Source: Syntrophorhabdaceae bacterium (lineage in GTDB: Bacteria > Desulfobacterota > Syntrophorhabdia > Syntrophorhabdales > Syntrophorhabdaceae). From it: a DNA stretch of 64,000 nucleotides. Under the pieces are notes generated by a model. The model made no database searches. It was not told the origin of the DNA and was given only the letters and a program-made list of their open reading frames with translations. This document shows, piece by piece, positions 52,886-64,000 of the stretch. The first letter of the stretch is position 1. Each line of letters opens with the position of its first letter. Both the position numbers and the translations under genes were made by a program. The stretch is taken from assembly GCA_963666485.2 (NCBI GenBank), contig CAXXUO010000008.1:96001-160000 (forward strand). The letters are read 5' to 3'.

Positions 52886-52944
52886 ACTGTCAGGACCTCC
52901 CGGCACGCGTGTTTCTTTGGTGCCCGGGGACCCGGGGACCCGCC

Positions 52945-53562
52945 ATGAATGTCAGGACCATTGGCTCAAAGACGACCGTAACCATTATGCCCGGTGAGTA
53001 TTACGTATCGAGGAAAGATGATATCGTGATCGGTACCATACTCGGTTCCTGCGTGTCGGCCTGCCTCTATGACCCTGTCAGCCGCATCGTAGGAATGAAC
53101 CATTTTCTGCTGAGCGGCAGGCAAAACAACCCCGTGGACGGAGTATGGCAGTCCGAAGCGGGACGATACGGTGTCCATTCGATGGAGATCATTGTAAACG
53201 GCATGTTAAAGCTCGGTGCCAACAGGGGGACTTTGCGCGCCAAGGCCTTCGGCGGGGCATCGGTCCTTCCGGTGACAAACCGGGCGAGCGCCTTCGCGAG
53301 TGTCGGCGAAATGAATGCGCGATTTGTCCTGCAATTCCTAAGGACTGAGGGTATACGGCTTATTTCTTCGGACCTCGGCGGCTGTGAAGGACGGGCGATA
53401 CGCTTTCACTCCGATGATTTTTCAGTCTACCAGAGAAAGATAAAGCGGGTGGTCATGCCCGACCTTGCGACGCGCGAAGAACAATACTGGCGCAGGGAGG
53501 CCGAAAAACGCTACACCGAGCCGGAGATCTGGAATGTCAGAAAAGTAAGGAGTGAGGAGTGA
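52945..53562 (+). CDS. cheD: Chemoreceptor glutamine deamidase
   Basis: PGEY, TILGSCVSAC, GMNHFLL, KAFGGA, DLGG..GR. Confidence 0.95.
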   Translation: MNVRTIGSKTTVTIMPGEYYVSRKDDIVIGTILGSCVSACLYDPVSRIVGMNHFLLSGRQNNPVDGVWQSEAGRYGVHSMEIIVNGMLKLGANRGTLRAKAFGGASVLPVTNRASAFASVGEMNARFVLQFLRTEGIRLISSDLGGCEGRAIRFHSDDFSVYQRKIKRVVMPDLATREEQYWRREAEKRYTEPEIWNVRKVRSEE

Positions 53563-53660
53563 GGAAAAAGCGGTTCCACGTTCCACGTTCAAAAAAAATA
53601 CATCCCGGGATCGGGTGTTTACCCGGCTATAACCCCTTAACATTCCTTACTCTTTACTAC
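53544..53660. repeat. Heptamer arrays AGTAAGG/AGTGAGG and GTTCCAC with a degenerate inverted partner
   Basis: AGTAAGGAGTGAGGAGTGAGG...GTTCCACGTTCCACGTTC...CCTTACTCTTTACT. Confidence 0.7.
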
Positions 53661-53699
53661 TATTTTCTCTATGTCTGAGCAAAAACTATCCCAAAAATA

Positions 53700-53726
53700 T
53701 TAAGTAAAACCTAATCATACCGATAA
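53700..53726 (+). promoter_or_regulatory. Putative sigma28 promoter of STAS-cheA
   Basis: TTAA-N15-ACCGATAA. Confidence 0.45.
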
Positions 53727-53796
53727 TATTTCCAGAGCGAACGATAAGAATTTAATTCTTTCGTGAAAAATAGAGCGATGGAAGGGGTTCATTATC

Positions 53797-54141
53797 ATGG
53801 AAGGTACAGCAATACGTAACGCGGACGGAATTACCCTGAAAGTTTCCGGCAGGGCCACGATCGCGGATGCAGACGATCTCTTGCAATTATTGATGAAAGA
53901 GTCCCCGCCGGGGAGCAGCGTCACGATCGATCTTGCCGGTGTCACGGAATGTGATCTTTCCCTGTTCCAGCTCTTGTGCGCAGCACACAAGCGGTCGATA
54001 AGGACGTCGGGGTCCATGAACCTGCTTCATTGCCCGGACGCGGTGTACGAGACCCTCGTTTCCGCCGGGATTCTGCGTATCCACGGCTGTACCGGCAATG
54101 ACAACGACACGTGCCCCTGGCACGAAGCAAGAAAAGGATGA
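53797..54141 (+). CDS. STAS domain protein (chemotaxis-associated)
   Basis: SGRATI, IDLAGVTECDLS.FQLLCAAH; directly before cheA. Confidence 0.85.
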   Translation: MEGTAIRNADGITLKVSGRATIADADDLLQLLMKESPPGSSVTIDLAGVTECDLSLFQLLCAAHKRSIRTSGSMNLLHCPDAVYETLVSAGILRIHGCTGNDNDTCPWHEARKG

Positions 54142-54149
54142 CTTTATCC

Positions 54150-56258
54150 ATGACCGAAGACATGCATGTTCAGGCGTTTATCGAAGAGGCGTTTGAGCTC
54201 CTGGCAACCCTTGAGGAATCTCTCCTTGAACTTGAGGAGGACCCCGGCAATACGGAACTGATCGGGCGGGTGTTCCGTTCACTGCACACGATCAAAGGCT
54301 CCGGCTCCATGTTCGGGTTCGACACAATGGCGGGTTTCACGCACACCATAGAGACAACGTTTGATAAGGTGCGCGAAGGAGAGCTCGGGGTAACCCCGGA
54401 ACTTGTGAGCCTGACGCTCAGGGCGAAAGACCTGATACGCGCTATGATCGAATCCCCCGGAGAATCATCGTTGCCATCGGACGCACAGGCCATACTCGAT
54501 GCGATCGGGGCGATAGCGCAGCGCCCCAACGGCAGCATAAACCCGGAAGCCGGGCTGTGCGCAACCGGGAGAGGGCCCGAGGGACCATCGGTCACGGATA
54601 CTGAATGTACATACCGCATCCGCTTTCGGCCGTCCCGCGGGATATTTCTCACCGGCACCAACCCCCTGCTGCTTATCGATGAACTGCGCACTCTTGGTGA
54701 ATTCGACGTTTTCGCACACCTCGACGAGATACCGGAGATCGATGTCATCGAGCCCGAATCCTGCTACGTCTCCTGGGACATCATTCTCACCACGGACAGG
54801 GGAATAAATGCGATAAAAGATGTCTTCATATTTCTCGACGATGAATCCATCGTCGATATTGCCGTGGTCGACGACAGAGATGCCCCCGACGCCGATACCG
54901 GGTATAAAAGGCTCGGCGAGATCCTGGTCGAGAGGAAAGATATCGGGGACGCCGACCTCAGGCAGGTCCTTGCCGAAAAGAAAAAGATCGGCGAAATGCT
55001 GGTCGACCGGGGCCTGGTGTCACGTGAAAAGGTCGAATCCGCACTCATCGAGCAGGAACAGGTGGCAAAGACGCGGAAGGCCTCAAGGCTCGAGCAGGAG
55101 ACGGCATCAAGCATACGCGTGGCGGCGGAAAAGCTGGACACGCTCGTCAATCTTGTCGGCGAACTGGTCACCGTGCAGGCGCGCCTGACCCAGCTCGCGT
55201 CCCTTATTGACGCCCCCGACCTCGTATCTATAGCCGAGGAGATCGAATCGCTTACGGGCGACCTTCGGGACAATACGCTGAAGATCAGGATGCTTCCCAT
55301 AGGGACAACGTTCGGCAGGTTCAAGCGGCTTGTCCGTGACCTGTCGCGGGACCTCGGCCGGGAGGTCGAAATGACCACGGAAGGGGCCGAGACAGAGCTC
55401 GACAAGACCGTTATCGAACGTTTGAACGACCCGCTCGTCCATCTCATCAGGAACTCCATCGACCACGGTATCGAACCCCCCGACGTCCGCCAGGGGCTCG
55501 GGAAACCGGCAACCGGCATGCTTCACGTAACAGCCCGTCATTCGGGGGCGCATGTCCTTATCGAGATCACCGACGACGGGGCCGGCATCGACAAGGACGT
55601 CGTCCGCCGGAAGGCCGTGGAGAAGGGGATCATCAGCCCGGATTCCGACCTGAGCGACAAGGAAATATTGTCCCTTATCTTCGCTCCCGGTTTTTCAACC
55701 TCCGCTGCGGTGACCAGCGTATCCGGCCGCGGGGTCGGTATGGACGTCGTGAAAAGGACCATCGACAGCCTGCGGGGATCAGTCGAGGTGAGCAGCGAAA
55801 AAGGTGAAGGCACGACGGTAACATTGAAACTGCCTCTCACCCTTGCGATCATCGAGGGCCTTCTTGTCGAAATAGGCGATCAGCATTTTATACTTCCCCT
55901 GCCGCTGGTCCATGAATGCGTGGAGCTCACGCGCCTCGACGTGGAGAGATCAGGCGGAAAGGACATTGCGAACATACGGGGAGACATCGTCCCCTACATC
56001 CGGCTCCGTGACACCTTCGGCATACGCGGCCGGCGGCCCGATATCGAACAGATCGTCGTAACCGAGATAGACAGGGAAAGGATAGGTTTTGTCGTTGACC
56101 ACGTGATCGGTGAACATCAGACCGTCATCAAGTCCCTGGGGAAGATTTACAGGAACGTCCATGGCATTTCGGGGGCCACCATCCTGGGAGACGGAACGGT
56201 CGCACTCATTATGGATATTGCGAGGCTCGCAGACATAAGCTACGCCAAGGCGAGCTAA
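54150..56258 (+). CDS. cheA: Chemotaxis histidine kinase
   Basis: FRSLHTIKG, LVNLVGELV, HLIRNSIDHG, DDGAG, SGRGVGMDVV, CheW-like C-terminus. Confidence 0.97.
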   Translation: MTEDMHVQAFIEEAFELLATLEESLLELEEDPGNTELIGRVFRSLHTIKGSGSMFGFDTMAGFTHTIETTFDKVREGELGVTPELVSLTLRAKDLIRAMIESPGESSLPSDAQAILDAIGAIAQRPNGSINPEAGLCATGRGPEGPSVTDTECTYRIRFRPSRGIFLTGTNPLLLIDELRTLGEFDVFAHLDEIPEIDVIEPESCYVSWDIILTTDRGINAIKDVFIFLDDESIVDIAVVDDRDAPDADTGYKRLGEILVERKDIGDADLRQVLAEKKKIGEMLVDRGLVSREKVESALIEQEQVAKTRKASRLEQETASSIRVAAEKLDTLVNLVGELVTVQARLTQLASLIDAPDLVSIAEEIESLTGDLRDNTLKIRMLPIGTTFGRFKRLVRDLSRDLGREVEMTTEGAETELDKTVIERLNDPLVHLIRNSIDHGIEPPDVRQGLGKPATGMLHVTARHSGAHVLIEITDDGAGIDKDVVRRKAVEKGIISPDSDLSDKEILSLIFAPGFSTSAAVTSVSGRGVGMDVVKRTIDSLRGSVEVSSEKGEGTTVTLKLPLTLAIIEGLLVEIGDQHFILPLPLVHECVELTRLDVERSGGKDIANIRGDIVPYIRLRDTFGIRGRRPDIEQIVVTEIDRERIGFVVDHVIGEHQTVIKSLGKIYRNVHGISGATILGDGTVALIMDIARLADISYAKAS

Positions 56259-56354
56259 GAAATCAAAGCAGTGAAGTAGGCTGTGTTCAGGTCGTGCCTA
56301 CCATCATGCGAGAACGCTGCAAGAGAGGCCCTGGAAGGGCCGGGGAGGCTTAAA

Positions 56355-58061
56355 ATGAAACGGTTCGGCAACTGGTCAATTTCCACCAAGGTCATCAGCA
56401 TATCACTTCTCACAATCATTATTATCACGTCAGGCATGGTCTTCTACTACATACCGCTGATGAAAGACAAGCTCATGGGAGAGAAAAAGGCGTCTTTACA
56501 GCATCTCATCGACTCGGCGTATTCACTTGTGACTTTTTATGAGTCCCGGGTGAAGGCAGGGGAGATCAAGATCGAGGACGCGAAGAAACTGGCAGTTGCC
56601 AGCATAAAAGCAATACGGTATTCCGGGAATGAGTATTATTTCCTCATGGACGCCTCCGGCAAGATAATCATGCACCCGATCAATCCGCAGCTGGATGGAA
56701 AAGAAATGCTGAACGAAAAGGACCCCGAGGGCAGGTACTTTTTTCGCGAGATGACTCAAATAGCCAAAGAAAAGGGTGAAGGCTTCGTTTCCTACATGTG
56801 GCCGAAAGCCGGAAATACGAAGCCCGTCCCCAAGATAACGTATGTGAAATACAACAGGGACTGGAACATGATAGTCGGGACCGGGATCTACGTGGACGAT
56901 GTGCACGCGGAGACCGCAAAGCTCCAGTGGCAGATCATCATAGCGACCGTTCTCTGCGCGGTCCTGATCATGGGCATCGCCTTCTGGGTCTCGCGCAGGA
57001 TCAAGCTCGCCCTGAACGAGGCTGTCAATGTCGCCAACAATCTCGCGGCGGGCAACCTGGCGGTCGACGTCGTGGCGCGCAGTGAGGACGAGACGGGCAA
57101 ACTGCTCGGAGCAATGAAGAACATGGTCGGTAAATTAAAGGAAGTGGTAGAGGGTGTGTCGACGGCCTCGGACAACGTGGCGGCGGCAAGCCAGCAGATG
57201 AGCTCGGGTGCCCAGCAGGTTTCCGAAGGTGCCACCGTTCAGGCGGCATCGGCCGAAGAGGTCTCCTCTTCCATGGAACAAATGACGTCGAACATCAAAC
57301 AGAACGCAGACAATGCGCAGCAGACGGAGAAGATAGCGCTCAAGGCCGCAGCAGACGCACGGGAAGGCGGCCAGGCAGTGACAGAGACTGTATCCGCGAT
57401 GAAGGACATCGCGACAAAGATATCGATCATCGAAGAAATAGCGCGCCAGACGAACCTTCTCGCACTCAATGCCGCGATAGAGGCGGCGCGCGCGGGTGAA
57501 CACGGTAAAGGGTTCGCCGTCGTGGCGACAGAAGTGCGCAAGCTCGCCGAGAGAAGCCAGACCGCGGCCGCGGAGATCAGTATGCTTTCGACAACGAGCG
57601 TCGAGGTCGCCGAAAAAGCCGGTTCCATGCTGACAAGGATCGTACCGGACATCCAGAAGACGGCTGAACTGGTCCAGGAGATAAGCGCGGCCAGCAACGA
57701 GCAGAACGCCGGGGCGGAACAGATCAACAAGGCCATCCAGCAGCTCGACCATGTCATCCAGGAAAATGCCTCCGCGACCGAGGAGATGGCGTCGACCGCT
57801 GAGGAGCTTTCCTCACAGGCCGGGCATCTCCAGGACATTATCGGTTTCTTCAGGACAGGCCACGATGATCATGACCGCAAAATGCAAAAGAAACAGGCGG
57901 CACCCGCCGCGCCCGGGAATGGGAAAAAACCGCTCAGGATCGCGTCGCATAACAACGGTTCATCGAACGGGAGGAAGGCGGCGGACAACGGACATGCCGG
58001 TATCAACCTCGATATGGCAGCGGAGAATGACCGGCTCGACTCCGAGTTCGAAAGGTTCTAG
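56355..58061 (+). CDS. Methyl-accepting chemotaxis protein with single Cache sensor
   Basis: 2 [50 protein letters not shown]-terminal EFERF. Confidence 0.96.
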   Translation: MKRFGNWSISTKVISISLLTIIIITSGMVFYYIPLMKDKLMGEKKASLQHLIDSAYSLVTFYESRVKAGEIKIEDAKKLAVASIKAIRYSGNEYYFLMDASGKIIMHPINPQLDGKEMLNEKDPEGRYFFREMTQIAKEKGEGFVSYMWPKAGNTKPVPKITYVKYNRDWNMIVGTGIYVDDVHAETAKLQWQIIIATVLCAVLIMGIAFWVSRRIKLALNEAVNVANNLAAGNLAVDVVARSEDETGKLLGAMKNMVGKLKEVVEGVSTASDNVAAASQQMSSGAQQVSEGATVQAASAEEVSSSMEQMTSNIKQNADNAQQTEKIALKAAADAREGGQAVTETVSAMKDIATKISIIEEIARQTNLLALNAAIEAARAGEHGKGFAVVATEVRKLAERSQTAAAEISMLSTTSVEVAEKAGSMLTRIVPDIQKTAELVQEISAASNEQNAGAEQINKAIQQLDHVIQENASATEEMASTAEELSSQAGHLQDIIGFFRTGHDDHDRKMQKKQAAPAAPGNGKKPLRIASHNNGSSNGRKAADNGHAGINLDMAAENDRLDSEFERF

Positions 58062-58155
58062 GACCGAACGGATAATAACCCCCTGTTGACTGCGGGGGCC
58101 TGTGCAGGCCTCCGCAGAGATAGCGTGAATGGTTCATATAAGGAGGACTTGAAAG

Positions 58156-58659
58156 ATGAGCGTGAACACGAGACAGTACCTGACATTTCAGCTCGGCGAG
58201 GAGATCTTCGCGATCGACGTCGTCAACGTCCGCGAGATACTGGAGTTCAACACGGTGACAAAGGTGCCGCAGACCCCCGATTACATGCGCGGCGTCATAA
58301 ACTTGCGGGGAAGCGTCGTCCCCGTCCTCGACATGCGCCTCAAATTCGGTATGTCCGTGACGGAAAAGACCATCAATACGTGCATTGTCGTCGTCGAGGT
58401 GGCCATGGAGGACGAGAACGTTATCATAGGCGCCCTTGTCGACTCCGTCCAGGAGGTCTTCGAACTTGACCCGGCCTCGATAGAGCCGGCACCCCGCATC
58501 GGGATACAACTCCGCAACGGCTTCATAAAGGGAATGGGCAAGAAGGATGACCGCTTTGTCATAATACTCGACATAGAGCGCGTATTCTCCCAGGAGGAAC
58601 TGTCAGGCGCCGTCGAGATGTCCGACAGGCAGCCCGCCGACAGGGCCGCGAACGAGTGA
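58156..58659 (+). CDS. cheW: Chemotaxis coupling protein
   Basis: YLTFQL, VREI, GVINLRG.VVPVLD, VDSVQEV. Confidence 0.96.
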   Translation: MSVNTRQYLTFQLGEEIFAIDVVNVREILEFNTVTKVPQTPDYMRGVINLRGSVVPVLDMRLKFGMSVTEKTINTCIVVVEVAMEDENVIIGALVDSVQEVFELDPASIEPAPRIGIQLRNGFIKGMGKKDDRFVIILDIERVFSQEELSGAVEMSDRQPADRAANE

Positions 58660-58842
58660 TGAAGGCCCTGAAACTTTCTCTTGATAGATTCGGCCGTTTC
58701 ACGTGCCGGTGACCGGGATCGTGAAGGGCCATGGGGACTGCCCATAGATGCTGAGAAGATAACAGGAAATATCGAGCCGGCGGATACCGCCTTCGGCTTG
58801 CGCCGGCCCGGACATTGGTGAATACCGTAAGGAGGAATTGCT

Positions 58843-60534
58843 ATGTTTTTGAGAAAAATGAAGATAGGGCTCAGACTCGGTGCCGGTTTCGGCTGCATCC
58901 TGCTGCTGCTCATCGTGCTGGCCGTTGTAGGCCTCTACAATTTCTCGAACATTAATCTCCAGTTCGAGAGGGTGGTGAACGTAAACAACGCCAAGATAGC
59001 CTTTGCCAATGAGGCACGGGGGGCGATCGATACCATAACGTTCCTGATATCGGAGATGGCAGTTACCCATGACCGCGACGCCGGGACCCAGGCAAAGAAA
59101 AAAATAGACGAGGCCCGGGCAACCTACAAGAAGGCCATGGAGGAACTCGAGAAACTCGAACAGCGCGAAGAAGGGAAAGCGATCATCACCAGGTTCAAGG
59201 CTGCCCTAGCAGAGGGCGCAGCGAACAACAACAAGGTCATCGAACTGGGATTGGCAGGGAAGACGGCAGAGGCAACCCTCCTGTACGAGAAACATTCCAT
59301 ACCTGTCCGCAACAAGGTTGTGTCGGTCAACAAGGAATTGATCAAGTACGTGGAAGATTTTAACCGCCTTCGCTATGATGAGGCCCACAAGGGCATGGCA
59401 ATGGCGCGCATGATCTTCATGGTCATCGGGATCGTGGCGGTCGTCGTGGGAGTTGTCCTGTCGTTCCTTCTCACGAAGGGCATTACAAAACCCCTGTCCG
59501 AGGCGCTGGGCATTTCGAACAGGCTTGCCAGGGGAGACCTGACGATGGATATCGTGGTAAGAAGCAGTGACGAAACAGGCCAGTTGCTCCACTCGATGAA
59601 GGAGATGGTGGCGAAGCTCCGCCAGATCGTTCTCGACGTGCAGTCAGCCACCGATAATGTAGCTTCGGGAAGCGAACAGATGAGTTCGTCATCACAGCAG
59701 TTGTCGCAGGGCGCCACCGAGCAGGCCGCTTCCGCCGAGGAGATCTCCTCCTCCACCGAAGAGATGGTGGCCAATATCAGCCAGAATGCCGATAACGCCC
59801 AGCGGACCGAAAAGATCGCCCTCAAAGCGGCCCAGGATGCGAAAGATGGCGGAAAGGCGGTGGAAGAGACGGTCGCCGCGATGAAGGACATAGCGACAAA
59901 GATATCGATAATCGAGGAGATCGCCCGCCAGACGAACCTCCTTGCCCTCAACGCCGCCATAGAGGCAGCCAGGGCCGGTGAACACGGCAAGGGTTTTGCC
60001 GTTGTTGCAACGGAGGTGCGAAAACTTGCCGAAAGAAGTCAGATCGCTGCGGGGGAGATAAGCACGCTTTCGACGGCCAGTGTCGAAGTGGCGGAGAAGG
60101 CGGGTACGATGCTCACCAGGATCGTTCCTGATATCCAGAATACCGCGGAACTTGTCAGCGAGATCAACGCGGCCTCCAACGAACAGAACAACGGTGCCGG
60201 GGAGATCAACAAGGCCATTCAGCAGCTCGACCGGGTGATCCAGCAGAATGCCTCGGCAACGGAGCAAATGGCCTCGACATCCGAGGAACTTGCGAGCCAG
60301 GCAGCTCAACTGAGGGATACAATGGCATTCTTCCACATAGAAAACGGCGCAGCCAACGTGGCCCGGGTTTCCGGGGGAACCACATCCGGCAGGGGAAAAA
60401 CATCCCGTCTTCGGGAAGACGCCGCCGGAGCCCGCGCCATTCCACAAAACGGCAACGGGTCGAAGCCGGCAGGGTTTGCCCTGGACCTCGGGAACGGGCA
60501 CGACAATTTCGATGATGAGTTTGAAAGATTGTAG
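58843..60534 (+). CDS. Methyl-accepting chemotaxis protein with four-helix-bundle sensor
   Basis: MKIGLRL..GF, 2 TM, HAMP, conserved hairpin tip; C-terminal EFERL. Confidence 0.96.
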   Translation: MFLRKMKIGLRLGAGFGCILLLLIVLAVVGLYNFSNINLQFERVVNVNNAKIAFANEARGAIDTITFLISEMAVTHDRDAGTQAKKKIDEARATYKKAMEELEKLEQREEGKAIITRFKAALAEGAANNNKVIELGLAGKTAEATLLYEKHSIPVRNKVVSVNKELIKYVEDFNRLRYDEAHKGMAMARMIFMVIGIVAVVVGVVLSFLLTKGITKPLSEALGISNRLARGDLTMDIVVRSSDETGQLLHSMKEMVAKLRQIVLDVQSATDNVASGSEQMSSSSQQLSQGATEQAASAEEISSSTEEMVANISQNADNAQRTEKIALKAAQDAKDGGKAVEETVAAMKDIATKISIIEEIARQTNLLALNAAIEAARAGEHGKGFAVVATEVRKLAERSQIAAGEISTLSTASVEVAEKAGTMLTRIVPDIQNTAELVSEINAASNEQNNGAGEINKAIQQLDRVIQQNASATEQMASTSEELASQAAQLRDTMAFFHIENGAANVARVSGGTTSGRGKTSRLREDAAGARAIPQNGNGSKPAGFALDLGNGHDNFDDEFERL

Positions 60535-60707
60535 GAAAACGCATGACGCGCCCGGCAGACCGGGCAAGAGAGGGGCCGCCATTTCGCCGGAGAGGACCTT
60601 CTAAAGAGTTTTTCACGGTTCTGCGTCCTTTTCCCCTTTCACGCGCCGCGCTTGCAATGACACAAGAAATAGAGGCGCGCCGCGTGAAAGTTCAGGACGG
60701 GAGGATG

Positions 60708-61397
60708 CTAAATTATGTCGGACCTTTCCACGTGGCGGTACTCCCCGGGCTTTAAATCCTGAATGTTCAATTTACCTATTCTCACCCGGATGAGCTTCAA
60801 TACGGGGTGACCGAGGGCATCGCCCATCTTTCTGATCATCCGGTTCTTCCCTTCATTCACCACGATCGCGTACCAGACATTGGCGGACGATCTTTTTGCG
60901 AGACGAACAGTCTCGGCTTTGTAGACGGATCCCTCGATAGTGATCCCTCTTTTCATCCTGCCTACCGTGTCCCTGTCCAGGATGCCCTTGAATTTGACCA
61001 GGTATTCTTTCGTGATATTGTGGCTGGGATGCATGACCTCGTTGGCAAGGTCGCCATCGTTCGTAAAGATCATCAATCCTTCCGAATGATAATCGAGCCG
61101 GCCGACCGGGTAGAGCCTGAGATCATGCTTGATCAGGTTCCGGGCCAGCTTGCGGCCCTTCGGGTCCTTGAGGTCCGATATGTAGCCGTCGGGCTTATTG
61201 AGGGCGATATAGACCTTTATCGTCTGTGCGCTTAAGGCCGACCCGTCGCACGTGACGATATCTTTAGGTCCGACCTGTTGAGACAGAGACGACGCAGGAA
61301 TATTGTTTATCTTTATCCTGCCCTCGTGGATCAGTGACTCGGCTTGCCTGCGGGGGAATTGTCCTGTGCGCGATAAGAACCTGACGAGGCTTTCCAT
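60708..61397 (-). CDS. RNA pseudouridine synthase (RluB/RsuA family)
   Basis: S4 domain, NKP.G, PVGRLD..SEGL, EGKNR.IRKM, L.RVRIG. Confidence 0.93.
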   Translation of the reverse strand: MESLVRFLSRTGQFPRRQAESLIHEGRIKINNIPASSLSQQVGPKDIVTCDGSALSAQTIKVYIALNKPDGYISDLKDPKGRKLARNLIKHDLRLYPVGRLDYHSEGLMIFTNDGDLANEVMHPSHNITKEYLVKFKGILDRDTVGRMKRGITIEGSVYKAETVRLAKRSSANVWYAIVVNEGKNRMIRKMGDALGHPVLKLIRVRIGKLNIQDLKPGEYRHVERSDII

Positions 61398-61424
61398 CTC
61401 ATAGTATACAGTATTGACGGAACT

Positions 61425-62756
61425 CTAGTCTTTAAAAACCTCTATCGGGGTCGTTGTCTCCCTCTTCAGAACGGGCTTCACGATCGTGGATGTCCGGCTT
61501 GATTTGCGGTAGACGTTGAAAACAAGGTTGTCCCGCTTCGGCAACGGATTGGCCGTGACCTCTATGACGATATCGTCCGGGTTCTCCACGGATATTATCA
61601 TTGTCTTCTTCACTACGTTCGAATCGGGCAAAGTCATGAGAAAGGCGTCGTTCATGAACAGGCCCTTGCTGTATGACGCCGTGATGGTGTGCTCTCCTGT
61701 CGTCAGGGGGACGCTGAATTCAGTGAACTTATCGAATTTGACAGGGTTCCCGTCGATAACGACCGTGAAATTGACCGGTACCACGATGTTGAATTCGGAC
61801 CTTTTCAGCGTGGATTCCAGGATCGGGTTGCCGCGGGTCTCATCGGCGAGTATCGTATTCCTCTCATCCCGGCTCTGGGCCTTGTACTGCACAGGTTTGA
61901 ACACTATGTCGCATTTGACGATCTGCTCTTTCTTCTTCGGCTGGTAAGGCACGACAACCTTTGCCGTCATGGCGGTATAAGGCTGGGCAGGCACGACCGT
62001 ATCGACAACAATGTCTTCGTACGTCTTGTCGACCTTGTAGTAAGATATCTGGATCTTGTCGCCCACTATCTTGTAGGTCCCCGACACGATCACATCGATG
62101 TTGTCTTTCTTGAGATAGTCTTCTATAGTTTTCGTGTATTCGTCATATTCCCCCGGAAGATATGCGGCCAGGGCAGGGCTAATCAGCCTGCTTGCCGGCT
62201 GCAGTCGCGGCTTCTGGGACCCTATCTTGATGAACTCTTTCCGTATCTTCTGGGAAAACTCCGTGACATTGTTCTTCTCGTCAAACATCTCCCACCCGTA
62301 GATCTTGATCTTTTTTTCAGGCGGGTACGGCTCGACGATCTTCGATATCAGGGTAAAAATGCCCGGGTAAAGAAGAGCGTCATCATATACAAGCTTCGGA
62401 AGGGTAACAATGTCTTTCCCTATTTCACGGCGCATCTCGATGACCTGGCATACGCTTCTCGTTTCATATATCTCGACCACGGCACATCTGCCGATAGGGT
62501 CCGATCGCATTGTATCGAGCTTGGAGTATATCGTGAAGATATCACCTTTGATAACGCCCATTCTGCTGCCGAGGTTGGTGAAGGCCTTATCGCCTAAAAG
62601 CATTTTGAACTTGCCTTCGAGGCTTTCCGTGATCCTGCCGGCAACGATATTGTCCGGGACCTTTTCGGCGGCAGCGCTATCCTGGTCCGCGGCCAGGCAG
62701 GTATACCCCGGCACGAGCACCGATATGAATAGTATAAATGCGAGTATGGCTTTCAT
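61425..62756 (-). CDS. Exported hypothetical protein downstream of pilQ
   Basis: Signal peptide; 443 aa; no family recognised. Confidence 0.75.
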   Translation of the reverse strand: MKAILAFILFISVLVPGYTCLAADQDSAAAEKVPDNIVAGRITESLEGKFKMLLGDKAFTNLGSRMGVIKGDIFTIYSKLDTMRSDPIGRCAVVEIYETRSVCQVIEMRREIGKDIVTLPKLVYDDALLYPGIFTLISKIVEPYPPEKKIKIYGWEMFDEKNNVTEFSQKIRKEFIKIGSQKPRLQPASRLISPALAAYLPGEYDEYTKTIEDYLKKDNIDVIVSGTYKIVGDKIQISYYKVDKTYEDIVVDTVVPAQPYTAMTAKVVVPYQPKKKEQIVKCDIVFKPVQYKAQSRDERNTILADETRGNPILESTLKRSEFNIVVPVNFTVVIDGNPVKFDKFTEFSVPLTTGEHTITASYSKGLFMNDAFLMTLPDSNVVKKTMIISVENPDDIVIEVTANPLPKRDNLVFNVYRKSSRTSTIVKPVLKRETTTPIEVFKD

Positions 62757-64000
62757 TTATCCCTCTGTGTTATAGAGATTCTTTACAACCCTTGGCGTAA
62801 TGAAGATAAGAAGTTCGGTCCGCTTATCCAGGGTTGTCTGTTTTTTGAACAGCCAGCCAAGCAGCGGTATGTTCTTGAGTCCCGGGATCCCGTTCTCGGA
62901 TGAACCCTCTTCACGTTCATATATGCCGCCGATCACCGCCGTTTCACCGTCTCTCACGTAGAGCAGCGTCGACGCCTGTTTCTTATCGATCGTCGGCACG
63001 CCTTCCGATGTGTTGACAAAGTCTGCCTGGTCCTTCTTTGCCAGGATCTCCAGCCGGATAAATCCATCCTTGGTAAGAGAGGGTGTCACTTCAAGGCCCA
63101 GTACAGCCTCTGCGAACTGTGTCTGGGTGCCGGAGTTGGAATAGGTCTTATACGGGATAGATTTTCCCTGTTGTATAATGGCCTTTTTATTGTCCGATGT
63201 GATGACCTTCGGATTCGACAGTATCCTGCCCTGTCCTTCATCTTCGAGGGCCGACAGCTGGACGTCGAGCTGAAAGGAGTCCGTGGCGCTGCCGATATAA
63301 AAACCGAGTATACCGCCCGCACCTCCCCCCGCGACAGCCGCAGGCAGGTTGATATTATACGGTATCGCGCTTCCGCCGCCGTTCCTGAAACCGAGCAGGT
63401 CGACGGTCGAATTGACCGTGGTCCCCGTGTCCGAAACGCTTGTCGCATACCGCCCGCCGGTTATCAGGACCTCTTTGTTCCCGAGGGCCCCCGAGGTCTG
63501 GCTCGAATTTATACCCCACTGGATACCCAGCTGCCGGGAAAAATTCGTATTGGCCTGCACTATCTTGCAGTCGATCTGTATCTGGTTCGGTTTCCTGTCA
63601 TGCTCCCTTACGATCCGGACCATGTTTGCGACGTTCTCTCGGGTATCTTTGATGATGAGCGCATTGTTCCACTGGACCTGGGTGATCGTCCCGTACTCCG
63701 ACAGGAAGCCTTTCGGCGGCTGGCCCGCCACGACCTGCGTCGTCAGGAGGCCGCCCCTGAGCATCCTTTCCATGTCCGCCGGGTTAACATAGTTCAGGTA
63801 GACAGTTTCCGTAACGAACTCCTCACCCAGTTTCTGCCGCTCTATGCGGTCCTTGCGGAACGTGTCCCGCTCGACCATTTTTCTCTTGGTCTCGTCTTCG
63901 TACTCTTTCGCCGTTACGATACGAATGACGCTATCCGCCTCTATCTTCCTCAACCCCGCCGTCTCGACGATGAGATCGAGCGCGTCATCCCAGTAGACAT
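62757..64000 (-). CDS. pilQ: Type IV pilus secretin, 5' end outside window
   Basis: LGIQWG, LSALE..G..LSNP, IQQG..IPY, L.VTP, GETAVIGG, IPLLGWLF, ELLIFITP. Confidence 0.92.
   Translation of the reverse strand, partial: VYWDDALDLIVETAGLRKIEADSVIRIVTAKEYEDETKRKMVERDTFRKDRIERQKLGEEFVTETVYLNYVNPADMERMLRGGLLTTQVVAGQPPKGFLSEYGTITQVQWNNALIIKDTRENVANMVRIVREHDRKPNQIQIDCKIVQANTNFSRQLGIQWGINSSQTSGALGNKEVLITGGRYATSVSDTGTTVNSTVDLLGFRNGGGSAIPYNINLPAAVAGGGAGGILGFYIGSATDSFQLDVQLSALEDEGQGRILSNPKVITSDNKKAIIQQGKSIPYKTYSNSGTQTQFAEAVLGLEVTPSLTKDGFIRLEILAKKDQADFVNTSEGVPTIDKKQASTLLYVRDGETAVIGGIYEREEGSSENGIPGLKNIPLLGWLFKKQTTLDKRTELLIFITPRVVKNLYNTEG

Noticed and set aside
57380..60030. Similar sequence shared by the two MCP genes
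   Set aside because: Ordinary conservation of the signalling domain with many synonymous differences.

Overview
Mostly core-genome window from an anaerobic Desulfobacterota/Deltaproteobacteria-type bacterium (inferred from gene content only). In order: Na+-translocating decarboxylase beta and gamma subunits, ispG, ino1 with a CDP-alcohol phosphotransferase, split Fe-S fumarase and malic enzyme, tRNA(CAU)-zinc ribbon-rnhA-rnpB, two ArnT-like transferases, dacB, an ABC-2 exporter, an HTH-fused class III cyclase, an IS110 element, etfBA, rpsU-yqeY-mutS2-dnaG-rpoD, a GH108-like hydrolase, purA, ruvCAB, tadA overlapping tRNA-Ser, a RelE-type TA pair, an orphan GspE/PilB ATPase, a large K+ locus, a chemotaxis cluster, rluB and partial pilQ. 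Best finding: an intact IS621-type IS110 element (17531-18713) whose bridge-RNA guides can be read by eye. They match its own donor junction and its insertion site beside a REP-like palindrome, and circularisation would form a near-consensus sigma70 promoter. Second: a kdp locus with a sigma54 promoter, its own NtrC-type system, a split KdpD (one half fused to PTS EIIA) and KdpE-type boxes. Several housekeeping genes carry homopolymer frameshifts that look like sequencing errors. All assignments are from manual motif recognition; no database searches were run.
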